A stretch of 64,000 nucleotides of DNA from a virus (IMGVR_UViG_3300013426_000019:32001-96000), one strand, 5' to 3'. Shown: positions 1 to 10,284, counted from the first letter of the stretch. Made by a program: numbers and translations. Notes: generated by a model not told the origin, from the letters alone.

Positions 1-224
1 CCTCTGAAGGATTTGATAGTATCTGTAATACCACATTTAAACTCCACAACATCCCCTACCTTAAGAGGCTCTAGTGTCTCTTCGATGAGTAGTTGTCTAG
101 ATGTTATACAAGAGTAAGCCCTGTGAGTTGTCGTCGTATCTTCAAAGACGTAAATGTATGCCTTGTAGTTGTCATTATACTTAGCAGTCTTAACAGTCGC
201 AGTTATAGTTTGGCGTGTGTACAT
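1..224 (-). CDS. hypothetical protein (partial, runs off window start)
   Basis: Open frame from ATG at 224 (MYTRQTITATVKTAKY...) to window edge, preceded by an AAGGA RBS-like sequence; not in ORF track. Confidence 0.6.
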   Translation of the reverse strand, partial: MYTRQTITATVKTAKYNDNYKAYIYVFEDTTTTHRAYSCITSRQLLIEETLEPLKVGDVVEFKCGITDTIKSFR

Positions 225-318
225 ATTATTCTAATCCTTCTTATGTATATATAATAATATATTTAAGCATAAGGGGCAAGAGGATTTGAGGGGCAGGAAG
301 GTATATTAATATATATAT

Positions 319-1068
319 ATGAAGTTTGATGTAAAACCTGCGAATTTTGACCACTCAGAAAAATTGAAAGAATTTAAAAGAACATACAAATTCTTAAGAG
401 AAACTAAAAAACTAGGAGTATCTATCCTTGCAAGGCTTGATTTAAATTTACTAAGTAGCAACAATTCCTCTTCCAAGAATTATATTATAAATGATGAAGC
501 TTTAGATGCGTATGCAAAAAGTACAGGTATAAATTTCTTAGATTTGCTTCGAAGCAATTTTATAAAACCTCAATCCTCTGTTCTTGATTTAGGGGGAAAT
601 TTTGGATATTTTAGTATGGCACTAGCAGAAAGACTTGATTGTGAGTGTTATGTCTTAGATTCTGATCCTTTCGTAATAGAGCTAGGAAAATTAATAAAAC
701 AAGATTGGTTCGACCTTAGTAAAGAAAGATTAGATATAAAATATTTATGCGGAGACGCATTTAAATTGAGTTTAAAAGACAGTGTTGATTATACTATAAT
801 ATCAAATGTTTTTTCCAGTTTCCGAAAGGATTTAGATTTTGGGGATTCACATGGTTTAATTACTTTACCCTTATTATCTCCTAGTATTCTCAAAAATTCT
901 AAGAATTTAATTATTCATTTGCCTAGGAAAAATGAACCTTTAGTCAGAACATATGAATATTACGAAAAGCAAATAGAAGACATAATTCATACCTGGAAAA
1001 TAGCTAAGCCTCAAAGAATAAAAAATTGGATTGTTTTTTATAATCCGAGAGCTTTAATTGTCCGCTAG
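319..1068 (+). CDS. class I SAM-dependent methyltransferase
   Basis: Motif I VLDLGGNFGYFS, acidic motif II YVLDSD, CGDAF. Confidence 0.75.
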   Translation: MKFDVKPANFDHSEKLKEFKRTYKFLRETKKLGVSILARLDLNLLSSNNSSSKNYIINDEALDAYAKSTGINFLDLLRSNFIKPQSSVLDLGGNFGYFSMALAERLDCECYVLDSDPFVIELGKLIKQDWFDLSKERLDIKYLCGDAFKLSLKDSVDYTIISNVFSSFRKDLDFGDSHGLITLPLLSPSILKNSKNLIIHLPRKNEPLVRTYEYYEKQIEDIIHTWKIAKPQRIKNWIVFYNPRALIVR

Positions 1069-1086
1069 CAATTTAGCTTGTTTGAG

Positions 1087-1132
1087 CAAGAAACCCCAAG
1101 AAACCCTTTTGCTTTAGCTAAAGGTTGTTCAC
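1087..1132 (+). mobile_element. collapsed IS200/IS605 end remnant (PATE-like mini element)
   Basis: TTGAG|CAAGAAACCC(x2)TTTTGCTTTAGCTAAAGGTTGTTCAC: the start matches the left end at 27425 and the finish matches the right end at 28913-28940 of the tnpB element. Confidence 0.75.
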
Positions 1133-1250
1133 AAAGATTCTGTAAAAATTTCACGAAAGAGAAAAGAGCTATTCATTTTAAAAAACCAAGAGTTCAACTA
1201 ATATACATATATCATTTTTAGGGGTGTTCTTTCTGGAGAAAGATGTAAAG

Positions 1251-1361
1251 ATGTTTGATAAATATAGAGATTACTTTAAAAATCTGGAGGATGAGAATGA
1301 CTTAGAATTCCAACTTCTTAAGGATGGTAGAAAGTTATATCTACGAAGGGTGTTGAAGTAA
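1251..1361 (+). CDS. possible 36-aa small protein
   Basis: GGAG upstream; MFDKYRDYFKNLEDENDLEFQLLKDGRKLYLRRVLK; below ORF-track cutoff. Confidence 0.3.
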   Translation: MFDKYRDYFKNLEDENDLEFQLLKDGRKLYLRRVLK

Positions 1362-1505
1362 ATTTTTTTAATAGAAAGGACTTATAAGGTGTTCTATAAG
1401 ATAGAAAAGATTAATTGTGTGACCCCTTAAAAAACTTTTTAATCTTTTGATCAAGGAAATAGTCTACAGTCTCTATAAAAAAAAATCACCCTGGAGGACT
1501 TTTAT

Positions 1506-2246
1506 ATGGGAAATACAAGAGACAGCTTAAGGTTAAGTTTATTCAGCAGTCATGATAGTCACAGTAGTCACAGCAGTCACAGCGATCATAGCAGTCACAA
1601 TAGTCATAGTAATCATGCCAACACAGATACCCAGAATTGGGATACTTCTAAGCTAGCAAATATTTCTTTCCCTAGTGCGGATGATACACTTAGTGTACAG
1701 AAATATCAAAATTTAATGAAAAATTTAAATATTATTAGATCCGCAGTAGGATTATCTCAAAGTAGTACCAATGCCTCTGATATTGCGGAGGCTTCAGAGT
1801 ATAATAGATTTAAATTACAATTAAAAAAAGTGACTAAGCAAGGGGTAACAGGAGGCACTTATTACAACGGGTTGTCGGAGGGTGGTACTGATTGGATTGA
1901 TATCCCGGGAGGGGCATCAAGTAAACAATCTTTATTAACAGATGTTCTGGGTTATTCTACTATACAATCTAGAATATTGGATGCTAAAAATAGAGGTATT
2001 CCAGTGCATGCCAGCCATAATAATCATATTGATCATGGTGACCATGGTAGTCATAGCGACCATAGTAGTCATAGTGACCACAGTGACCACAGTAGTCATA
2101 GTAATCACGACAGTCATAGTAGTCACGGCAGTACCGCGGCAAATTCCACATATAATGCATCTATTTATATCTCTAATTTAGGTTCAGATCACGGAAGCCA
2201 ATACTCCACACCTTATAAGAGCTCAGACTCATGCTATAGAACATAA
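1506..2246 (+). CDS. His-Xaa-Ser repeat protein (HxsA-like putative radical SAM substrate)
   Basis: 8 N-terminal and 14 C-terminal H-x-(S/D/N) triplets around a non-repeat core; GGAGG RBS; heads a radical SAM cluster. Confidence 0.8.
   Translation: MGNTRDSLRLSLFSSHDSHSSHSSHSDHSSHNSHSNHANTDTQNWDTSKLANISFPSADDTLSVQKYQNLMKNLNIIRSAVGLSQSSTNASDIAEASEYNRFKLQLKKVTKQGVTGGTYYNGLSEGGTDWIDIPGGASSKQSLLTDVLGYSTIQSRILDAKNRGIPVHASHNNHIDHGDHGSHSDHSSHSDHSDHSSHSNHDSHSSHGSTAANSTYNASIYISNLGSDHGSQYSTPYKSSDSCYRT
1551..1616 (+). repeat. 9-nt period coding repeat (His every third residue), block 1
   Basis: HDS HSS HSS HSD HSS HNS HSN H. Confidence 0.9.
2007..2132 (+). repeat. 9-nt period coding repeat (His every third residue), block 2
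   Basis: HAS HNN HID HGD HGS HSD HSS HSD HSD HSS HSN HDS HSS HGS. Confidence 0.9.
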
Positions 2247-2258
2247 GTATTCATATTT

Positions 2259-3317
2259 ATGAATTTAGGTTTAGGGACTTTACATTTTTCATCTAAAATT
2301 TTGAATTCTTCAGAATTCAGAGAAATGATCCATTATTGTGTTCGAAATAATATAAGTTATTTCGACACTGGATTTTATTATGGGGAAGAACTAACGGAAT
2401 TTGCATTAGGAAAGCAATTATTTAATTTCCCAAGAGAATCTTATGAGATAGCTGTAAAATATATCCTTAATAGAGAGCATTCCCCTGAGGAAATGCTAAG
2501 GATTCAATTTCAGAAATTAAATATATCCTATGCAGACAATTTACTACTACACAATTTAACTGATAAAAATATTTCTTTTTATTTTGATTTTTTGGATTTT
2601 TTAGAGAAGAGTAAAAGAGAGGGCCTAGCAAAGAGAATAGGATTTTCTTCCCATCTATCCCCTCAAAACTTGGAAATTTTCCTAAAAATCAGAAAGTGGG
2701 ATGTAATATACCTTTATTTAAATTGGGTCGATTTTTACTCGAATACGGCCGAGGAAGAATACAAATTATGTGAAAAATACAAAGTCCCTGTTGTTGCTAT
2801 GGGTCCTCTAAGAGGTGGAAGAATATTAACTTTACCTAAAAAATATAGTTTGGAGTTAAAGAGAGTGCATTCCGAGTGGTCTTTGGTGGATTGGTCTCTA
2901 GGTTGGTTTAATTCTTTAAAAAATTGCAACAGAGTGCTTACTGGGGCCCTTTCTATTAAAGAATTACAAGCTAATATAAAAGCCTCTAAAAATAATTTAA
3001 GTTTATCAGATTTAAATCTTCTGAGAGATATTGCTGTAGATTATAAAAAGGAAAAATTAATACCGTGTACCGGTTGTGGATATTGTGAGAATTTTTGCCC
3101 TCAAAAAATAAAGATACCTCTAATAATTAAAAATTACAATAAATTTCTCTACGAGGAGGAGAAAGATCCTCGCTGGCTTCTCTCTTGGATGAAAGAAGAC
3201 TTAGTTTCATCAGATATAAACCTATGTGTTTTCTGTGGCAATTGTGAACAAATATGTCCTCAAAAAATTGATATTCCAAGGAGAATTAAAATAATTGAAT
3301 CTTGTATTAACTGCTAA
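2259..3317 (+). CDS. aldo/keto reductase with C-terminal 2x[4Fe-4S] ferredoxin domain
   Basis: LGLGT, YFDTGFYYG, LLLH, IGFSSH, AMGPLRGG; CTGCGYCENFCP and CVFCGNCEQICP. Confidence 0.9.
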   Translation: MNLGLGTLHFSSKILNSSEFREMIHYCVRNNISYFDTGFYYGEELTEFALGKQLFNFPRESYEIAVKYILNREHSPEEMLRIQFQKLNISYADNLLLHNLTDKNISFYFDFLDFLEKSKREGLAKRIGFSSHLSPQNLEIFLKIRKWDVIYLYLNWVDFYSNTAEEEYKLCEKYKVPVVAMGPLRGGRILTLPKKYSLELKRVHSEWSLVDWSLGWFNSLKNCNRVLTGALSIKELQANIKASKNNLSLSDLNLLRDIAVDYKKEKLIPCTGCGYCENFCPQKIKIPLIIKNYNKFLYEEEKDPRWLLSWMKEDLVSSDINLCVFCGNCEQICPQKIDIPRRIKIIESCINC

Positions 3318-4323
3318 ATGTGATAAGAATTGTAAAAACTGTTTTGCCTCAGAATACAGAAGACAAGAAAACCTTTTAAATAAGGATTTAGATTTATCTT
3401 TTTTAGAAAAAATATCGCCCTGGGACGGAGTATCCTCTCCCGATATAGGTATATTAGGAGGGGAGCCTACCCTAAATTCCTCTTTTTTCTTGATTCTTAA
3501 AAAATTATGGGATTTGGATTATGTTCCTGTGGTTTTTAGTAATTTTTTATTTGAGGATTTTTTCAAAATTAAATTAAATTCTTTTGTTCAGGATAATATC
3601 TCTCAGAAATTAAAATTCCTCGTAAACATAAATGATTTGAAGGGACCACATCTAAGTAGAGTAGTCAAAAATATTAATTTTATTCAAAAAACCCTTGCTT
3701 CTCAGAGGAAACTGAATGAACTATCTCTTTCTTTAACTATAGATCCTGTAAATTTCAATTCTACTTTTAAATATTTATGTGCCTTTTATAAAAAATTAGA
3801 TTTTATGCCTCGTCTTCGAGTAGGGATAGCTCTTCCCTCTGATTCAGAGGATAAATCTCAGTATAAAAAAATTATAAATAATAAAAATTTAGGAAATACT
3901 ATTATAAGCATTCTTCAATGGTCAGAAAGGCATCGTGTGTGTGTTTTTCTCGATTGTGGTATTTACCCCTGTATTTTTTCTTCTGAAGATTTCTCTATTT
4001 TTCAATCTTTTTTCCCAGATTTTAAATTTGGGTGTGGTGATGAACCCGCTTTTGATATTTTTCCTAATGGAAGGTCTATATTCTGTTTTCCTTTAAAAAA
4101 TCAAATTGCAAATTTTCTTTCTTTAAAAAGAAATTCAGATTTTTCTAATTTTTTTGATATAGTAGAAGCAAAAGAGAATTTAAAAAAGCAATTTATAACA
4201 ATGAAAGAAAAATATTCTTGTAAGGAGTGTTTGACATGCTTTTATAGTGATCTCTGTGAAGGAATATGCCCTGCATTCTTAAAAGGTTCTTTAAAAAAGC
4301 CCAAAGAAGCCTACAAAAATTAA
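3295..4323 (+). CDS. radical SAM protein with C-terminal Cys (SPASM/twitch-like) motifs
   Basis: CDKNCKNC, LGGEPT, C-terminal CLTC..DLCEGIC. Confidence 0.9.
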   Translation: MNLVLTAKCDKNCKNCFASEYRRQENLLNKDLDLSFLEKISPWDGVSSPDIGILGGEPTLNSSFFLILKKLWDLDYVPVVFSNFLFEDFFKIKLNSFVQDNISQKLKFLVNINDLKGPHLSRVVKNINFIQKTLASQRKLNELSLSLTIDPVNFNSTFKYLCAFYKKLDFMPRLRVGIALPSDSEDKSQYKKIINNKNLGNTIISILQWSERHRVCVFLDCGIYPCIFSSEDFSIFQSFFPDFKFGCGDEPAFDIFPNGRSIFCFPLKNQIANFLSLKRNSDFSNFFDIVEAKENLKKQFITMKEKYSCKECLTCFYSDLCEGICPAFLKGSLKKPKEAYKN

Positions 4324-4378
4324 AAACAAAATCAAAATAATTATATTATTAATATAAGAGGTAAGGAGATTTAAAATT

Positions 4379-5815
4379 TTGGAGCCTTTATATAAATTTG
4401 AATTTGAAGCTGTCAATATATATTTTTCTGCAGTCTGTAATCTGAGGTGCAGATATTGTTTTCAACCTAAAATAAATGGTATTTCTCAAGAAATAAATAA
4501 AAAAATTGTAAATTGGATTACCTCCGGAAAAATGGAAGAGGATATAATTAAATATTACGGGGTAAATATTAGTGCTCTCTCTCTCTGGGGAGGAGAGCCT
4601 GGTATAAACCTTCCTATATTAGAAGAGAGGTTGGAATTTATTTATAATAAATTCCCTAAATTAGAAACCATACATTATTCCAGTAATATTTCCACAAAGA
4701 AATTAGCGCGCAATTCTGTTAATTTTATAAAAAAAATAGCTTTTTTGAATGAAAAGTTAGGTAAAAAAATCTCAGTATCTTTACAATTTTCAATTGATGG
4801 GCCTCCCGAAATAAATGATTACAACAGAGTTGGCTCAAAAGCAGAAAATATTCTTAATAATATTACCTTTTTATTGGAAGAATTAAAAGATGTTTCACCT
4901 GACTCTTATTCTTTGAATATTAAAGGAACTCAATCCGCGGATAATATTACTTTTCTAATAAAAGACAATAATTTACTTGAATATTATCAATATTTTGATA
5001 AATGGCAATCCCTCTGGCTAAAAATTTTACCTGAAGAAAAAATTCCGAAGGGCTCAACTTTTATCACACTAGTATATCCTGGGAATTTCACCCAGGAGGA
5101 TGGTTTTAATTTTAAAAAGCTGATAGAGCTTCAAAATTCTGAATCTTTTCAAGAAGAATGTGCCTGCAACACCTTTGTAAATTTCGATAACCAAGTAACA
5201 CGCCGTATAAAAGACACCCTTTCGGCTCTCAGGGCTGGTTACTATAGGGAGTATAAGGGGGAGTTATTACGGGTCTGTTCTTGCAGCGCAGGCAAATCCT
5301 GCGGGGGCCTAACCTATGATTCTCAATTTCACCTATGTCAGGCCACCTATATGTTTAATGAGGATATTCTTAATTATATTGAAAAACATAATTTAATTTC
5401 CGAATTTGAGGATAAGCAGGGATTCAGCTTTAGAAGCTTCGACGATCTTATCAAAGATAATATTGTAGTATCCTTTAGCGATGATTTAAAATTGTCAAGA
5501 CTTCTTTATAAGATAAATAATTTTAATTATAATTTATCTCTTAAAGTTCAGTACTTTGAAGTAATTTTATCGGAATTAGCAGCTGCGAATCAAATCAGCA
5601 GATGCTATCTGGACCCTAAGTGGAGAGATTTAGGTGTTGCTTATCTTCTTTTTGGGGGACATGAATGTCCTGTAAATAACATTTGGGAGTTTAGTTCTCC
5701 TTATATAAGAAGCACCTCCCATTTAAAATTGGTTTTTAATGGGGCCTTTGAGTACTATGTAAGTAATCATTATAGAGATATTTTAGGTCTAAACATAAAG
5801 GATATGATAAGATGA
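4379..5815 (+). CDS. radical SAM protein
   Basis: CNLRCRYC, WGGEP, SIDG, CSAG; TTG start after AGGAG. Confidence 0.9.
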   Translation: MEPLYKFEFEAVNIYFSAVCNLRCRYCFQPKINGISQEINKKIVNWITSGKMEEDIIKYYGVNISALSLWGGEPGINLPILEERLEFIYNKFPKLETIHYSSNISTKKLARNSVNFIKKIAFLNEKLGKKISVSLQFSIDGPPEINDYNRVGSKAENILNNITFLLEELKDVSPDSYSLNIKGTQSADNITFLIKDNNLLEYYQYFDKWQSLWLKILPEEKIPKGSTFITLVYPGNFTQEDGFNFKKLIELQNSESFQEECACNTFVNFDNQVTRRIKDTLSALRAGYYREYKGELLRVCSCSAGKSCGGLTYDSQFHLCQATYMFNEDILNYIEKHNLISEFEDKQGFSFRSFDDLIKDNIVVSFSDDLKLSRLLYKINNFNYNLSLKVQYFEVILSELAAANQISRCYLDPKWRDLGVAYLLFGGHECPVNNIWEFSSPYIRSTSHLKLVFNGAFEYYVSNHYRDILGLNIKDMIR

Positions 5816-7197
5816 ATTTCAATTTCATAGAAGAACAGAAAAAACTACTTTATTCTTTTCTAGACATTCACTGCTTCAGGAATTGGAGGATTCCCCCCTC
5901 AAAAAGAACAGGAGAGGAGTATGTAAATCTTTTAGAAATGATGGTTTCGCCCGTATGTAATACTGCTTGCACATATTGTTACATGAAAAATTATGCTGAT
6001 TCTCTATACCCTTGTTTTTATGATAAAAATTCCTTATTAAATAATTGTAAAAAGATTATGACCTGGCTCAAAAAAGAAAATTTTTATCCCTCAAGTATAG
6101 AGATTTTTTCCGGAGAATTTTTCAATTTGCCCTTTTGGAAGGATTATTTACAAATAATTTATGATTCTCTAGAAAAAATGGAGGAGGGTAAAAAAGTACC
6201 AATAGTAATTCCCACCAATGGAACTTTTTTTGATTCTGAGAAAAAAACACAGGAAATACAAGATTATTTTGACAGAGTTTATAAAAAAGGTTTTATTATT
6301 GTTCTATCTCTCTCTGTAGATGGATATTATTTAGATAATGATACACGCCCTTTTAGAGACAAAAGAAGATACACAGAAGATTTTTATGATAGGATGTTTA
6401 GATTTGGGGCTCGTAATTTAATTAAATATCATCCTATGATAGGCGCGAAAGGTATAGAGAGATGGGTAGATAATTTCGATTGGTATGTAGAAAATATTCA
6501 AAAATATTACAAAATTCCAAAAAAAGAAGCCCTTGAAAAATTATACTTATTAGAGGTAAGAAATCCCGACTGGTCTACTAAGGAATTAAAAGATTTTAAA
6601 GTTTTTTTAAATCATATAATTGATGTTTTATTTGAGGGGTGCACATCTCCTGAGGAGAAGTTCAATCTACTTCTCAGCAATACTTTAAATATACTAGCAC
6701 CTCTAGTAGTTACTATAGGAAGAGGCCTCCCCTGCTCTTTTCAGCAGTGTCTAGATTTAAGGGTAGGAGATCTTGCCTTAGTTCAGTGTCATAGAACAGC
6801 ATATAGCGAATTGCTAGGCGGGTATTTTAAAATATCAGATAAAGGAGAATTAGACCTAGACGTGCGCAATGCAAATTCATACATTTTTTCTAATTCTTTT
6901 AATTTTAAACACCTAGCCAAATGCATAGATTGTCCTATTAGCTCTCTTTGTAATGGGCCTTGTTTAGGGTGTAATTATGAGGTTAACAGGGATTTATATA
7001 CTGTAGTGCCTACAGTTTGTGATTTAGAATACACAAAGGCTTTGACTTTAGTTGAAAGGGCGTATCAAGAAGGCTTTTTAGATAGTATTTTAGAAATACA
7101 TTCAAATAGCACCTCCTCTGATTCTGTTTTAAAGAAAAATCAATTATTACACCTTAAAAAATATCTAGAAATTAAAAACACTAAAGGAGATTTTTAA
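5812..7197 (+). CDS. radical SAM/SPASM protein
   Basis: CNTACTYC, PTNGT, SVDG, CHR, CIDC...CNGPCLGC. Confidence 0.9.
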   Translation: MNFNFIEEQKKLLYSFLDIHCFRNWRIPPSKRTGEEYVNLLEMMVSPVCNTACTYCYMKNYADSLYPCFYDKNSLLNNCKKIMTWLKKENFYPSSIEIFSGEFFNLPFWKDYLQIIYDSLEKMEEGKKVPIVIPTNGTFFDSEKKTQEIQDYFDRVYKKGFIIVLSLSVDGYYLDNDTRPFRDKRRYTEDFYDRMFRFGARNLIKYHPMIGAKGIERWVDNFDWYVENIQKYYKIPKKEALEKLYLLEVRNPDWSTKELKDFKVFLNHIIDVLFEGCTSPEEKFNLLLSNTLNILAPLVVTIGRGLPCSFQQCLDLRVGDLALVQCHRTAYSELLGGYFKISDKGELDLDVRNANSYIFSNSFNFKHLAKCIDCPISSLCNGPCLGCNYEVNRDLYTVVPTVCDLEYTKALTLVERAYQEGFLDSILEIHSNSTSSDSVLKKNQLLHLKKYLEIKNTKGDF

Positions 7198-7199
7198 TA

Positions 7200-7703
7200 A
7201 TGTTATTGGATCAAGTAAAAGAATTTATTAATTCAAATAAGAATTTGATAGACGATCTAACTAAGGCTAGACCACAGGGGTATATTTATGCTTTTTTACA
7301 AGAATGCCTCTCATTAATGGAAGGAGGAGATTCCTCAAAAATAGATGAGACCTTTTTACATGAATATAGATATACTGTATTGACTTTTACAGACGTCATT
7401 ATCAAAACAAAAACAACACAATCAGAAAAAATCGTGATAAAAGCAATTGCAAACTTATTATATAATGTCTCTATTAATTATGGCATAACCGAGTGCAGTA
7501 CTGAGCTTAATGCTTTGGTGATACTTTCAGAAGCCTCAAAATCTTTAGAGGATATTTTATATGTATTGATATGTATTTTTAATAAATTAAGTGATAGACT
7601 TTATGAAGAGCCTACGACTAATCTTCTTTCAAGAAAATATTATTTAGAACTAAGTGATTTTTTAGAAGCAAGAAAATCCCATGATGAAAAATATAATATA
7701 TAA
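7200..7703 (+). CDS. hypothetical helical protein in radical SAM cluster
   Basis: ORF with AAGGAG RBS, coupled to upstream gene. Confidence 0.6.
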   Translation: MLLDQVKEFINSNKNLIDDLTKARPQGYIYAFLQECLSLMEGGDSSKIDETFLHEYRYTVLTFTDVIIKTKTTQSEKIVIKAIANLLYNVSINYGITECSTELNALVILSEASKSLEDILYVLICIFNKLSDRLYEEPTTNLLSRKYYLELSDFLEARKSHDEKYNI

Positions 7704-7744
7704 AAGTAACAACAAAACTTAATCATTTTTTAAGGAGTACTTCA

Positions 7745-9016
7745 GTGTTTCAGTGGAGTAATTTAATTATAGTGGCACTCACTCAAAAATGTAATATGAA
7801 CTGTAAATATTGCTATCTTGGAGATAAATCATCCCTTCCCGACACTGAGATGAGTTTTGCCACCTATAAAGTTTTAATAAATCAAATAGCTTTAGATAAG
7901 GTTCAGTTTTTTAAAGAAAAAGGGAAGATTTCCAAATTTCAGGTGCTTCTTCATGGGGGGGAACCTACTCTTATTTCCAAAAATAAATTTGAGAGATTTT
8001 TAGAATATGGAACAAAAGTCTTCAGTGCGTATGGCCTGCCCTTCGAATTTTCAGTGCAAACTAACGGCATTAACTTAGACCGGGATTTATTACAGATATT
8101 TAAAGATTATAACGTCCATTTAGGTATAAGTATAGACGGATGTACTAATAATTTAAGAGATGCCCCTGTTGATCAAAAATTGATTATTAATCATTTAAAT
8201 TTAGCTAAAGAAATGGATGTTAAATTTGGCACAGTAAGTGTATTCACATCATTAGATGATAAAAATTTTTTGGATGAAATTCTAGCTTATAATGGGTGGA
8301 TGTGCATCAAAGTTAATAAAATGGAAGAGTATTATAATAATGGATTAACTCCCTCTCCTGCCCATTATTTTAATAATATATTTCTGCCGTCCTTCAAAGA
8401 TTATATTTCAGGATCTAAATCGAGAATTTATTCTGATTTAGAAAGAATAATAGATGGTTTTTTAATAGATGTTGCTACTTCTCATAGTTATAATACCCAG
8501 AGTACCTGCAAATTTAAGTTTTGTGGAGCAGGAACAAAACTTATAAGTATAATGCCCAGTGGGCTAATGCATATATGTGATCATTGGAGAGGTGATGAAA
8601 CTTTTTACAACGAAAAAGTGCATCAAGTGGGAACTTTTGATTTTCTTACTTTGCAACAATTCAGAGCCTCCCTACGTTGGATTCAAAAATTAAATCCCTT
8701 AATTAAGGAGAAAGGATGTGATAATTGTATTTACTCAATTATATGTTTGCATGAATGTCCCTTATCTAATATAAAGTTAAATGGGAAGTGGGCCCTTGAT
8801 AAAAGGGATTGTGAACTTACTAAGATGATTTATGATTATCTTTGGGAGCATCTTGAGGATTTATTAGAAGGTGTAAGTAAAAGGAAAAATAATATAATTT
8901 CGACCACTGATTTCTCTATATATAAGTTGCATAAAAGATTCCAATTGAGTAAGTATAAAATATCAAAGATTAATCGTAATTCTATTAAAATAGAAAAAGG
9001 CGCAGAGCATGTTTAG
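7745..9016 (+). CDS. radical SAM/SPASM peptide-maturase-like protein
   Basis: CNMNCKYC, HGGEP, QTNG, SIDG, CKFKFCGAG, CDNC..IICLHEC. Confidence 0.92.
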   Translation: MFQWSNLIIVALTQKCNMNCKYCYLGDKSSLPDTEMSFATYKVLINQIALDKVQFFKEKGKISKFQVLLHGGEPTLISKNKFERFLEYGTKVFSAYGLPFEFSVQTNGINLDRDLLQIFKDYNVHLGISIDGCTNNLRDAPVDQKLIINHLNLAKEMDVKFGTVSVFTSLDDKNFLDEILAYNGWMCIKVNKMEEYYNNGLTPSPAHYFNNIFLPSFKDYISGSKSRIYSDLERIIDGFLIDVATSHSYNTQSTCKFKFCGAGTKLISIMPSGLMHICDHWRGDETFYNEKVHQVGTFDFLTLQQFRASLRWIQKLNPLIKEKGCDNCIYSIICLHECPLSNIKLNGKWALDKRDCELTKMIYDYLWEHLEDLLEGVSKRKNNIISTTDFSIYKLHKRFQLSKYKISKINRNSIKIEKGAEHV

Positions 9017-10274
9017 ATTTACAAATTTAATAATTTTCGAATTGACTAGAGATTGTAATCTTAATTGTAAATATTGTTTAATGCAAGAAAAATATAAACA
9101 TAGAGGAGAAATTATTGATTTTGAGCTTTTTAAAAAAATAATTAATAGAATAGCTGAACAAAGAATTTTAAATGGTAAAGATCAAGAAGAATTTCATATA
9201 AATTTTCATGGGGGTGAGTGTACTCTAATAGGAAAATATAATTTTACTAGGTTTTTGGACTATGTGACTAAAACTTACGATGAATTGGGTCTGAATTATA
9301 AATTAGGGATACAGACTAATGGAACTTTATTGGATGAGGAATTCCTTAAGATTTTAAGACATTATAATTTATCTGTTGGTATCAGTTACGATGGTACTGG
9401 GGAGAAAAAGCCTTTACGATATTCCACAGACATTCAAAGTAAACTCGAGGATACTATCAAACTCTGTACCAAAATGAAAGTACCTATTGGTGTATTAGGT
9501 GTTTTATCTAAAAATAATAGTAATAATTTAGTTAAAGACAGTATTTCCCAATTTAAAAAATTAGGTATTTTTTCTAAATATAGTTTTCTTGAGGACTTAC
9601 AAAATCCTTATGATTCTAAAATCGAATTAACAGGAAAACAAATATTCAAAAGAGCATATAAACCTATAATTGATTTTTACATAAAGACTGGAATTAAACT
9701 AGAACAACATACAATAGCTTTAATGACTGACACCTTGACTGATATATTATGCTATCACCCTAGAAGGTATGAGACAGGTTGTTCAGGGTTGATTTGTGGT
9801 GCTGGTATGACCATGATTGCTGTCAGGCCTGATGGTACTATGGGGTACTGCGATAGATATTCTAAAGATTTTAATGAGAATTATATAGAGCACGCTTTAG
9901 ACTATGACTTTTTAGGTCTTCATCAATTGAGCAAAGCTATTAAATTAGTCCAAATAAAGCACAGAATAATTCAAAAAGTAGGTTGTGATACCTGCAGGGC
10001 AAATTATATGTGTGAAAATGGGTGCTTGGCTTTTTATTATTCTAAATTTGGGAAATATGATATTCAAAAGGAACTTATTTGTGATCAATATTTACTTACT
10101 TATGATTATGTAAGAAAAAATTTAGTTAAAATATTATTAAGTAGCATCGACAAACATTTTATTTTACCTGCCGGAATTCATGATATCAAGCCTTATTATG
10201 TAGATTTATTTAAAAATAAATATAAAATTAAATTGACAATAATTGATAATATATTATATATATATAAGGTATAA
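9009..10274 (+). CDS. radical SAM/SPASM peptide-maturase-like protein (paralog of 7745..9016)
   Basis: CNLNCKYC, HGGE, QTNGT, CSGLICGAG, CDTC..YMCENGC. Confidence 0.92.
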   Translation: MFRFTNLIIFELTRDCNLNCKYCLMQEKYKHRGEIIDFELFKKIINRIAEQRILNGKDQEEFHINFHGGECTLIGKYNFTRFLDYVTKTYDELGLNYKLGIQTNGTLLDEEFLKILRHYNLSVGISYDGTGEKKPLRYSTDIQSKLEDTIKLCTKMKVPIGVLGVLSKNNSNNLVKDSISQFKKLGIFSKYSFLEDLQNPYDSKIELTGKQIFKRAYKPIIDFYIKTGIKLEQHTIALMTDTLTDILCYHPRRYETGCSGLICGAGMTMIAVRPDGTMGYCDRYSKDFNENYIEHALDYDFLGLHQLSKAIKLVQIKHRIIQKVGCDTCRANYMCENGCLAFYYSKFGKYDIQKELICDQYLLTYDYVRKNLVKILLSSIDKHFILPAGIHDIKPYYVDLFKNKYKIKLTIIDNILYIYKV

Positions 10275-10284
10275 GGAGCCTCAG

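Noticed and set aside
1935-2181. Thr/Val/Met- and Val/Ile-rich ORFs 1935..2126(-) and 1942..2181(+)
   Set aside because: Alternate-frame shadows of the His repeat
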